A stretch of DNA of 20,000 nt from an uncultured virus (IMG/VR IMGVR_UViG_3300046820_002883). Lineage: Duplodnaviria; Heunggongvirae; Uroviricota; Caudoviricetes. The translations under genes and the position numbers were made by a program. This document shows, piece after piece, positions 1 through 8,300 of the stretch; the stretch's first letter is position 1, and every line of letters begins with the position of its first letter. Below the pieces are notes generated by a model. It did not search any database. It had not been told where the DNA came from and saw only the letters and a program-made list of their open reading frames with translations. Location of the stretch: IMG/VR virus record IMGVR_UViG_3300046820_002883; one strand, given 5' to 3'.

Positions 1-534
1 GTTTATACCCGTTGGAATTGGGTGTCTGTTGTCTTTTTCAAGTGCAGCATCGATATCGTGAAATACGTCCATAGACTCTTCAGGTGGAATACCAACCTGC
101 ATTGCCTTTTGAATAATACCTTCAATTGTGTGGTACGATTGGAACGCTCCTTTATCGATGATTTCTTGAACTTTTTTAAGTTCTTTTTTTAGATTCTGTT
201 GTTTACAGAAATTAAGTGCTTCATCTTTTACTAAAGATGAGTCGGTTGTGTTATCTTTAATGTTCTCAATTGTGTCAAGGTGAATTCTTGCACTTTCTTG
301 AGAACCCAATTCAAGAATGATTTTTTGTGACAGACTATCGTAATTTGGAATCTTGTTGTACTTCATATAGAACTCCTTAATGTTCTCTGTGATGAACTTA
401 AAAGAGTTGTTATCAAAGTATTTGCTTTCAATAACGTCAATAATAGTTTCCCCGTATTTCTTGTCCTCGATAATTGACTTTATTAATGATTGTTGGAACG
501 ATGTTCCTAAAAATCCAAAATTCTTTTCTGTCAT
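1..534 (-). CDS. Replicative DNA helicase (DnaB/T4 gp41-like), N-terminal part; runs off the window edge
   Basis: Not in the ORF track. ATG at 534-532, open to position 1 (178 codons): MTEKNFGFLGTSFQQSLIKSIIEDKKYGETIIDVIESKYFDN...ALNFCKQQNLKKEL...DNRHPIPTGIN. The 'FCKQQ' helix and the 'IPTG' motif that precedes the DnaB ATPase domain are recognisable. Lies downstream of ssb/recA/exonuclease. Confidence 0.85.
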   Translation of the reverse strand, partial: MTEKNFGFLGTSFQQSLIKSIIEDKKYGETIIDVIESKYFDNNSFKFITENIKEFYMKYNKIPNYDSLSQKIILELGSQESARIHLDTIENIKDNTTDSSLVKDEALNFCKQQNLKKELKKVQEIIDKGAFQSYHTIEGIIQKAMQVGIPPEESMDVFHDIDAALEKDNRHPIPTGIN

Positions 535-549
535 AATTTTTTTTTGTTT

Positions 550-993
550 TTATAATTGATAGTTTAAATATGTTGTTTCCAATTCTTCAGATGATAAAAT
601 GTCAGTCAATTCTGACAGGTATCTCTTTAAATGTGGACGAATGTCGACCGTGTACCTTACCTTTGGGTGGAAGATACTTGCGTCAAACATCCTTTGAATA
701 AATACATCATCACCCATCTTAATTACCAACAAAAAGTTTTCTTTTTGTTCGTCATCTTTACTTTCTGCAGGTGATAAACCGAAGAAATATTCACGATTCT
801 CATGTAAATAATCCAATGTTTTTGTTTTTAAATCTTCACTAATTTCTTCACAAATATTTTGAATATAGTAGTGTAAATCTAGTGAACGTCTAGCTTGTGA
901 ATTATGCTCTCTTACGTTAAAAAAACGTTGGCAAATAATGTTTCCTTCAAGTGTCAAAAGGAATTCGAATTTAGTTACATCTTGATTACTCAT
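550..993 (-). CDS. Hypothetical phage protein (147 aa) in the replication operon
   Basis: Clean ORF with A-rich leader, packed between exonuclease and helicase; no motif recognised. Confidence 0.8.
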   Translation of the reverse strand: MSNQDVTKFEFLLTLEGNIICQRFFNVREHNSQARRSLDLHYYIQNICEEISEDLKTKTLDYLHENREYFFGLSPAESKDDEQKENFLLVIKMGDDVFIQRMFDASIFHPKVRYTVDIRPHLKRYLSELTDILSSEELETTYLNYQL

Positions 994-1061
994 TTGTTTT
1001 AATTTTTATTATTTTTTTATTTTTTTCTTTTCTTGTTAGTCTTAGAAATGGATTTAAAAAG

Positions 1062-1991
1062 TTAATCCGATTTTGGTAAAAGAAGAAAAATCCCATCCTC
1101 CATCATCATCTTCATAGTATTCTTATATGAACGACCTTCCGGGTCCATTACGTCAGTCATAAGAGACTTTATTGATTCTACCGCCTCTTCGGTTAGAAAT
1201 GGTTCATCGAGACTCACAATTCGTTTATTTACGTTGTAAAACTCTTCTCCCAATACTCCGTGTTTTGTAACTCCGGTCATTAGATTCTTTATTAGGTTAT
1301 TATGACCATCCTGTTCAAATAGAATGTTGAATTTTTCTAATAAGTCCTCTATTGTTAGTGGTTCAGTTTTAATTTCAGGTACAAGGGCAATTAATCTCCT
1401 AACACCTAAATTTTTAATACCGGCAATGTTGTCTGAAGGGTCACCACACATAATCTTTACGAGTTTAATATTTTGAATTAATATTTCTTCGTGGTCGTAA
1501 ACGAACTTATCGTTCAATTGATAAATTCTATTGTGTGATGGGTTTAATAAATGTGTTTTCTCAGAAACAAGTTGGGTTAAATCTCCATCCGATGAATAGA
1601 TTAAAATCTCTTCGTTAGAATGTTGAGTGTAGTAAGCAATACAGTCATCTGTTTCACAAAATTCAAACTCTCCTTGTCTAACAAATAATTCTTCAAGATA
1701 TTGTTTAACCCTGTTTCTTTGATTTGTGTAGGAACCCATTTCTTCTTCGGTCCTAATTCTACTTTTTCTATTTTCTTTATAGTGGTGATAGAATTTTTTC
1801 CTTGACGCAGAACCTTGTTCTCCGTCCCAAAAAACTACGATTTTGTCTAATCGGTGATTGTCAATTAATCTTCTAAGTGTATTGATGAAATGATATAACC
1901 CTCCTATATGTTCTCCTTTATAGAAGTAGTTTTTCATTCCATAAAAACCAATAGTTAATAAATTATCACCGTCAACAAGTAAAATGGGCAT
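1062..1991 (-). CDS. 5'-3' exonuclease / flap endonuclease (T4 RNase H / Pol I N-terminal-like); C-terminus probably frameshifted
   Basis: FEN/PIN acidic motifs LLVDGDN, VVFWDG, YKENR, ETDD, SSDGDLTQL and the H3TH motif GDPSDNIAGIKNLG. A probable native C-terminus continues in another frame to TAA at 988-986. Confidence 0.9.
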   Translation of the reverse strand: MPILLVDGDNLLTIGFYGMKNYFYKGEHIGGLYHFINTLRRLIDNHRLDKIVVFWDGEQGSASRKKFYHHYKENRKSRIRTEEEMGSYTNQRNRVKQYLEELFVRQGEFEFCETDDCIAYYTQHSNEEILIYSSDGDLTQLVSEKTHLLNPSHNRIYQLNDKFVYDHEEILIQNIKLVKIMCGDPSDNIAGIKNLGVRRLIALVPEIKTEPLTIEDLLEKFNILFEQDGHNNLIKNLMTGVTKHGVLGEEFYNVNKRIVSLDEPFLTEEAVESIKSLMTDVMDPEGRSYKNTMKMMMEDGIFLLLPKSD

Positions 1992-2006
1992 TAGTCTTTT
2001 ATTTTA

Positions 2007-2990
2007 TTATTCTTCAATATAGTTGTCAATTTCCTCTTCCAATACAATTTCACCTGTTCCCGAAAGAATAGCGTTCCAATATTGTGAATAATCTTTTTTG
2101 TACACTTCCAATGCCTCTTTAGTGTCATCAATGTAACCTTGTGGTACCGCAATTATTTTACCATCTTTAAATTGAATACCATTTACGTGGTTCTTCAAAA
2201 TTGAGATTTTTGTTCTGATTGCGTAAGATACGGTTCTTCCGTTTTTAGTTGCAGTGATATGATTGATTCCCGCTTTCTTTTGGTTACCAAATAAGAAAAC
2301 CAATGAAGACGCTAACCACAATGCTTCACCACCTTTTGCTTTAATCTCAGGTTGACCGAATGGATTATCAGGTAAATCTACCCATGGTTGATTAATAACC
2401 ACCATTGTGTTGTAGTATGGATAATCTTCTTTTTTAGATTTAGAAATTCGTGAATGGATGCCCATACCGATTTTATCTGCCAAAGTCGATGCGTTATGCA
2501 TTTTACCACCTTTACCTTCAAATGTCATTTTACAAGGGATTGAACCCACACTATCCCAAAGGAATAATAATGAATGAGGAATCTCTCCTTTTTCTTGTGC
2601 ATCTAAGATGTCGTTAATAAAATCAGTTGCCTGTTCGATGTAATCAAAACTGTCGTTGAAAATGAAGTCTCCCTCCCATTCACCGTCAGAATTTTTTGTT
2701 GCCTGTAATCCTAACTCAACCGCATGTTCCCAATTCCATTTTTTCTCTGTAATAATGAATACCGGAATATGTCCTTTCTTTTGAGCATCCGCCGCAGCTA
2801 AGATTAATGCCGTAGTTTTTGATGAGTTACTATGTCCTAAAAACATACTAATCCCACCCATCACAGGACCCGGTAAACCGCAAGCTCTTAAAAACGAATC
2901 TCCACAGAAGTAGAAATTGGTTTCTTTATATTTTGTTTTCGTGGAGAACTTCTCTTTGAAGTTGAACTCCTTCTTTGCTATTTTTGCCAT
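2007..2990 (-). CDS. RecA/UvsX-like recombinase
   Basis: Walker A-like GHSNSSKTT, catalytic 'TE', Walker B LFLWDSVGS, INQ, GGEAL and ILKNH motifs in RecA order; adjacent to the SSB gene. Confidence 0.9.
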   Translation of the reverse strand: MAKIAKKEFNFKEKFSTKTKYKETNFYFCGDSFLRACGLPGPVMGGISMFLGHSNSSKTTALILAAADAQKKGHIPVFIITEKKWNWEHAVELGLQATKNSDGEWEGDFIFNDSFDYIEQATDFINDILDAQEKGEIPHSLLFLWDSVGSIPCKMTFEGKGGKMHNASTLADKIGMGIHSRISKSKKEDYPYYNTMVVINQPWVDLPDNPFGQPEIKAKGGEALWLASSLVFLFGNQKKAGINHITATKNGRTVSYAIRTKISILKNHVNGIQFKDGKIIAVPQGYIDDTKEALEVYKKDYSQYWNAILSGTGEIVLEEEIDNYIEE

Positions 2991-3016
2991 TGTCTATGTT
3001 GTAGTGTTTTTTTTTG

Positions 3017-3065
3017 AAAAAAAATATGAGCATGGACATATTGTCCAAGTAAATGTCCATGCTCA
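3017..3065 (-). terminator. Intrinsic terminator-like hairpin after ssb
   Basis: Perfect 13-bp inverted repeat TGAGCATGGACAT (3027-3039) / ATGTCCATGCTCA (3053-3065) with a 13-nt loop, followed on the minus strand by UA-U8. Confidence 0.7.
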
Positions 3066-3071
3066 ATTAAA

Positions 3072-3932
3072 TTAGAATGGTAAATCGTCTTCTCCCTCAG
3101 TGTCTTCTTGTGGGTCGTAAACAGGTGCTTTCGCTTCTGATTTAGACGGTGATGATGGTGAACCAATTACGGTTTCTTCTGATGAATTTGATACCCATTT
3201 TTTAGTTTCAGAATCCCATCTTGGGACTTCTCCTTTTGCTACCATCTCAAGATAGTCTTCGGATTTTTTAGAATAAACGTCTGACCAAGTCAATTCGTCA
3301 TTAATCCAAGAATTTACGATTTCTGAATCTGTATGTAGTGGTGATGCGTCTTCAGGGATGATTGAAGTGATTGCTGTGTAATCTTTACCGTTACCAGCTT
3401 TAGTAAGACCGAGAGTGATAATTAAATCACGTCCTTTTTGAGGGTCGGTGATGTCACCTTTGTTTTTGAATAATGGGAAGATTTTATCTAATACACCTTC
3501 ACTTTTAGTGTTGTGTTTAAATCTCCAAAATTTAACTCCGTCTTGTTCGTTTTCTCTGTCGATAACTTTAACGACATAAAATTTACGTGCTCTATAACTA
3601 CGAGCAAGTACTTTATCTGCTTCCAATCCGGTCATCATTAACCCTTCATAAACTTCGTTTAATGGGGAACGTTTACCTTCTTGTTTTGGGTCATAAAGTT
3701 TTACCCAATTTCCGTCTACTTGTACTTCATGGAAGTAAACTTCAACGAATGGTGAACTACCGTCTGAGGTTGGTAGGATTCGGATACGTTTTTCACCACT
3801 TCTTGCACCTTTCGGTAACAATGTAGTAAAATACTTTTTTAATCTGTCTTCTTGAGACACCTTGTTTGAGTTGCCGCCCGCGGCTTGTTTGTTTTTCTCG
3901 TACTGAGCCAGTACTGCTTCGAATGATGACAT
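3072..3932 (-). CDS. Single-stranded DNA-binding protein, T4 gp32-like
   Basis: RIRILP, FH, YVVKVIDR, GVKFWRF, GDITDPQKGRDLII and Y motifs typical of gp32-like SSBs; acidic tail ending DDLPF. Confidence 0.85.
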   Translation of the reverse strand: MSSFEAVLAQYEKNKQAAGGNSNKVSQEDRLKKYFTTLLPKGARSGEKRIRILPTSDGSSPFVEVYFHEVQVDGNWVKLYDPKQEGKRSPLNEVYEGLMMTGLEADKVLARSYRARKFYVVKVIDRENEQDGVKFWRFKHNTKSEGVLDKIFPLFKNKGDITDPQKGRDLIITLGLTKAGNGKDYTAITSIIPEDASPLHTDSEIVNSWINDELTWSDVYSKKSEDYLEMVAKGEVPRWDSETKKWVSNSSEETVIGSPSSPSKSEAKAPVYDPQEDTEGEDDLPF

Positions 3933-3969
3933 AAAATTTAAATTTAAGTGTTAAAAAATGTTTGTATGT

Positions 3970-4001
3970 AAAATATAGACAAAAAAAGTCGAATTACCAA
4001 A
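3970..4001 (-). promoter_or_regulatory. Bacteroidota-type housekeeping promoter candidate for ssb
   Basis: Minus strand TTTG (4001-3998) - 20 nt - TATATTTT (3977-3970). Matches the -33 TTTG / -7 TAnnTTTG consensus with one mismatch, 37 nt upstream of the ssb ATG. Confidence 0.55.
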
Positions 4002-4021
4002 TCCGACTCTCTTTTTTTTTT
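3981..4021. terminator. Intrinsic terminator, potentially bidirectional, between the structural and replication modules
   Basis: Minus-strand RNA AGUCGGAU-UUGGUA-AUUCGACU-UUUUUU (8-bp stem with one G-U pair). Flanked by an A-tract at 3981-3987 and a T-tract at 4012-4021. Confidence 0.7.
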
Positions 4022-4040
4022 AAAATAGTTAAGAAGGAGT

Positions 4041-4427
4041 TTACTCCAATGTTAAAAGATACTTTAATTTTTGGAATAAACCTAACATTTCGTCACGAAT
4101 ATTCAATAAATTTGTATCTACCGGGTCTAAATCATTTGTAAATTCAATAAAGGATTGACAAATTGTTTCCACCATTTCTACTGGTTTTACGTCAGTTAAG
4201 TTGAATAATTCGATTGTTTTGGTTTCTTCATCTAATGTGAATCTACCGTATTTTCCCATCGCCTCTTCTACAAAACTATCCATCAAATTTTCCAAATCAT
4301 CTCTAGTTTGTGCAAATGCATTATGTCTTGCGTATCCTTTGGTTTGCCAATGGAATATTTTTAATTGTGCGTGTACACCTAATAATAGGTTAACTTTAGA
4401 ATTTAAGGTCATTGTCTGTTTCTCCAT
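4041..4427 (-). CDS. Ferritin/Dps-like four-helix protein (DUF5856-like); true start may be the ATG at 4412
   Basis: HW...H...D-x3-E pattern (FHWQTKGYARH...MDSFVE...GKYGR) and C-terminal LLNIRDEMLG..KLKYLLTL. Overlaps the end of the upstream gene. Confidence 0.75.
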   Translation of the reverse strand: MEKQTMTLNSKVNLLLGVHAQLKIFHWQTKGYARHNAFAQTRDDLENLMDSFVEEAMGKYGRFTLDEETKTIELFNLTDVKPVEMVETICQSFIEFTNDLDPVDTNLLNIRDEMLGLFQKLKYLLTLE

Positions 4428-5043
4428 CTGGATTAAAGCTATTTCTTATGACATCTGTTGAATAGTCGTCGACATCTTGTTTGGTTAAAACATATTCGTT
4501 TTTACCGGTTTTTTCCATTTCTCCTTGTTTTTGTGCAAAGAATTCTTGTGGATTTTGATTAAATGGATAAGAGTCAAAAGAACGTAACTCAAGTTTTTCT
4601 TCAGGAGTCTTAGGTCTCATCGTTTCAATTTTTGTTCCAAGTTGGTCAATTTTACTGATAACGTTATCCATTTGTGATAATTTTTGTTCTAAGTCGTTTA
4701 ACTTAGTAAATACAGTTTCCATTTTACCAACTACCCCTGAATTTTCAGATTTAGTATCATCCATATCTTTTTTGATTGATTTAGTCATATTAACTAAATC
4801 TGTGATATCGATTTCTTCAGTGTCTCCACCTTCAGGTGCCCCTGTTTCAGGTGCTGGTGGTAATTCTCCTGCAGGTGATGGAGGTGCTCCCGCGTCAGCT
4901 GGTGCTCCCGCATCGGGTAATGGAGGTAATTCTCCTTCAGGTGCAGGTATTTCCTGTTCACTCATTAATTTTACTGTATACTTATTAATTGCTCTGAAAC
5001 GAGCAACTTCTTCTAGTAATTGTTTTTCTAATTTGTTTGCCAT
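4396..5043 (-). CDS. Hypothetical protein (215 aa) with Pro/Ala/Gly-rich linker and coiled coil; possibly virion or prohead associated
   Basis: Long ORF with repeated GELPP and DAGAP motifs and a heptad region (FTKLNDLEQKLSQMDNVISKIDQLGTKIE). Confidence 0.75.
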   Translation of the reverse strand: MANKLEKQLLEEVARFRAINKYTVKLMSEQEIPAPEGELPPLPDAGAPADAGAPPSPAGELPPAPETGAPEGGDTEEIDITDLVNMTKSIKKDMDDTKSENSGVVGKMETVFTKLNDLEQKLSQMDNVISKIDQLGTKIETMRPKTPEEKLELRSFDSYPFNQNPQEFFAQKQGEMEKTGKNEYVLTKQDVDDYSTDVIRNSFNPDGETDNDLKF

Positions 5044-5047
5044 GTTC

Positions 5048-5251
5048 TTAATCTTGTAAAAGTTGTCTACCGTCTTCGGTAATGAATTTTTTATTTATTC
5101 TCTCAACAATACCATCTTTAGACCTAATAACGTAACATTCTCCCGTTTTTAAGTCACACTCTTCTCTTTCCATTCCATCATTTGAAATAGATTTAACATT
5201 TTTTGGATTCATAAAATTATCCAAACTGTTATTTATTTTTTCGTTGTTCAT
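5048..5251 (-). CDS. Small hypothetical protein (67 aa, C-x6-C)
   Basis: Fills the gap exactly; preceded by the TATTTATA motif and an A-rich leader; 4 nt from the next start. Confidence 0.75.
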   Translation of the reverse strand: MNNEKINNSLDNFMNPKNVKSISNDGMEREECDLKTGECYVIRSKDGIVERINKKFITEDGRQLLQD

Positions 5252-5267
5252 AATAGTATTTTTCTTT

Positions 5268-5275
5268 TATAAATA
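5268..5275 (-). promoter_or_regulatory. TATTTATA late-promoter candidate
   Basis: Exact motif 16 nt upstream of ATG 5251; recurs upstream of three other genes. Confidence 0.6.
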
Positions 5276-5302
5276 TCCCAAAAAACCAAAAACATTCAGT
5301 TT

Positions 5303-8300
5303 TTACATTTTAAAATAAACAACATCCCCATCATATAACCCCAATTCAGTCATGAGTTGGTTTGACATACCCATACCGTATTCGGTTGAGTTTGGACCAA
5401 CGCTAACGGGACCATTTGCAACTATGGTTCCTAATGAACTATCCAATTGATAACTCGGGTTGAGTACTGTCGTTTTACCGTTTTTAGGATTTTTAAATGT
5501 AGTAACCGCAGTTCTAATTTTCGCCTCATTAACGATTCTAGATAGTTGGAAGGTTGATGTGTAGAATTTATATGTCGAATCTTTGATTGTTGACCATTTG
5601 ATTCCATTCGCTAAATTCATTGTAGTTTCATCATTAAGAGTGTATCCTGAACTACCCATTCTAACAACAACCGTTCTTAACCAAGTTTCTCCGTTATTTT
5701 CAACTTTTTGAATTAATCGTTTTTCGTTATATCCATTATATGGTATTCCATACTCGTTTATTCCAACATCATTTAATATGTTTTCTCCCGATATTTTTTT
5801 GTTTTGTCTATCAGTTACATATGAAACTTTGTTATAAATAATAACTTCATCTGTTGTTGTATCGGTAGATGCTCGTTGTTTCAATATCGCACGTGCTTTA
5901 GATGAAATCTTATCAAACAATATACGATAACTTGATAAGAATGAATCTCTTGGGTCAGGTAATGAAGTATATGGTAATCTCGTACCGGTGAATGTGGTAC
6001 TAATTGTATTTCCTTTAATATTATGATTTACCTCAGTAATCCAATATGAACCTCTGAACATTGGTATGTTTTTTAAATAGAAGAACATTGTTGGTTGAAT
6101 CATCACATTCCCCATACATGAAACCTCACATTTATATGATGCCTGTTTATAATAATCAAATAAACCAACGTCCACGTTATGTGCACCCGCTCCTGATTGT
6201 GACCTATTTAAGTCTTCCAAAACTTGGAATGATTCAGATGTGTTCTTAATTGAACTTTGGTCTAATTGGACTCCTTTGAAGATTCCTTGATTTTGGTCAC
6301 CGAAACTAACTTCAAATGCAACCACCTTGTTTGATTTACTTAAATCATTTGTGGTAAAACCCTGTAGTGATGTTACAACTAATGGGTTATTATTCACCGA
6401 ACCAAGATGAAAACTATCGTCCGTAAACTTATACGGTTTACTGTTTGACATATCGGGTCTTTTTGATGAATTACCAACCAATTGAATGATAACTTTTGGT
6501 GACGACTCTTGGTAATCGACCTCTAAGAAGGTGCCAAATAAATTTTTAGCAACATTTTTAGATGGTGTTATTTTAGATTTAGTACCAACATTAGTTCCAT
6601 AAAAGTTAACATATGCTGGTAACGCTCTCATATCAAGACCGGTACCTTGTATTAACATCGATATCGCAGTATATAAACTAACATTTGCGTTTCTCGGGTC
6701 AACCAATGGTAGAATCCTATCTAAATTCAAATAAAATTTGTCTCCAATGTCCCTGTTTGCTTTATCTAAGAATAAAAATTCTTCTAAAAGTAATCTTTGT
6801 CCTATTGAATTACCCGAAGTCCATTTGTCATTAAATGACTTGAAGGTATTGTACATCTCAAGTTTAAGGTCATTAGTGTTATAACCACCGTATTGACGTA
6901 TTCTATTTGACGTATTATTTTTTGGTATAGCATCGTATGCACTAAGTCTATTTAAAAGTTGTGTTAAGAAAATAGTTAGTCTGTTGTTTGCACCCCCGGC
7001 AACATCTTTAGATGCCGGTTTTCTGTTTATAATAGACGTATTTAAATAATCACTAAATGCGGTTGAGGTGTTGATTCCTCCATCAGTAATATAACCACCG
7101 TATATCTGTACCATTGGTCGATATCTGATAATATTATCTTCAGTTAGTTTGATGTCATTTACAACAAAGAAATTAAAATAATGGGTATCAATATCCTCAC
7201 CAATGTACAATCTAATTAATTTTTGATTTGCAACCGTATTGTCTAAAACATCGAATGGTTGAACCGCGTAATTAATTAATTGGTCCGCACCCTCCGAACT
7301 ATTCGCCATACCAAAAAGTATGTATGGGTCAATTTCTTTTGGGTTCGCCATTGAAAATTTTATTAGATTTTCATTTGATAATAACCCTCTTGTTATAAAC
7401 TCAGCGTTTTTAGTTTGTCTTTCGGTTAATGATGTTATTAATTCATCAATATTTGTTGTTTCGGTACTTTGTTTATTAATAACCGATAAACCTTTTAATA
7501 TATTTTGAAATTTAGAATAATTTATATTTTGAAATGGTTCGTATGGTAATTCAGTATTTTGAGTTTCGGTTGCAAATTCTAAAAATAAATCTTCAAACTG
7601 TTCTAAAATTTTAGGACTAAAAGTTGCAATTAAATCAATTACTTTTTTCTGATTAGTTTGTATTGAAAATGTATTTCCTGTACTTCTAATGTATTCAGAA
7701 TATGAAGGGAATGTTTTACCAGATAAATCACCGTTTATTGAATCTTGTGAAAACCAAATTGTTCTAAAGTTTTTTTGTTCTGTTGGAATAAAAAACTGAC
7801 CGTTTGGTATTGTTTTCATATTACCATTTGATGGTAATAAAGTAAAACTTTTATTATTTTGTTGTTCCAATGAACCATTTGTAAAATACAACTCATTATT
7901 AACAACAATATCCCAATTATTTAAATTATCTCGTTTACTGTTTCTATGTAGAATGTATCCATCACTAGTTTTTCCACTATAGTCTGATGTTGTTCCATCG
8001 TATTGTACAAACCCGTTTACAATCTGATTGTAAATTGACTGATAGAACGGAGAAACTCCCACGTTGTTATAGTTTGCATGGTTTACATTTACTGTTGAAC
8101 CTGTTGTACTTCCAACAATTGGAGATATATCAAACGTTAAATTTGAATTATTATCAAAAAATTCACCACCGTCTATTGGTTGAGTTAAATTACTTACGTT
8201 TATACATCCACCAAGAATGTCGGTACCGTCATTAAGATATGTTTTATATCTATGATAAATTGACCCCCATTTTAATAGTAAATGATATGGAACAAAATGT

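Noticed and set aside
1061..1067. RF2-like programmed +1 shift at GAU_UAA_C in the exonuclease
   Set aside because: tRNA-Asp cannot re-pair on AUU and there is no upstream SD-like stimulator; an indel is the simpler explanation.
2978..3166. 62-aa minus-strand ORF with an HHHH run
   Set aside because: Out-of-frame overlap with the ssb 3' end, running through the terminator and homopolymer tracts; the His run is a by-product of Ser/Pro codons.
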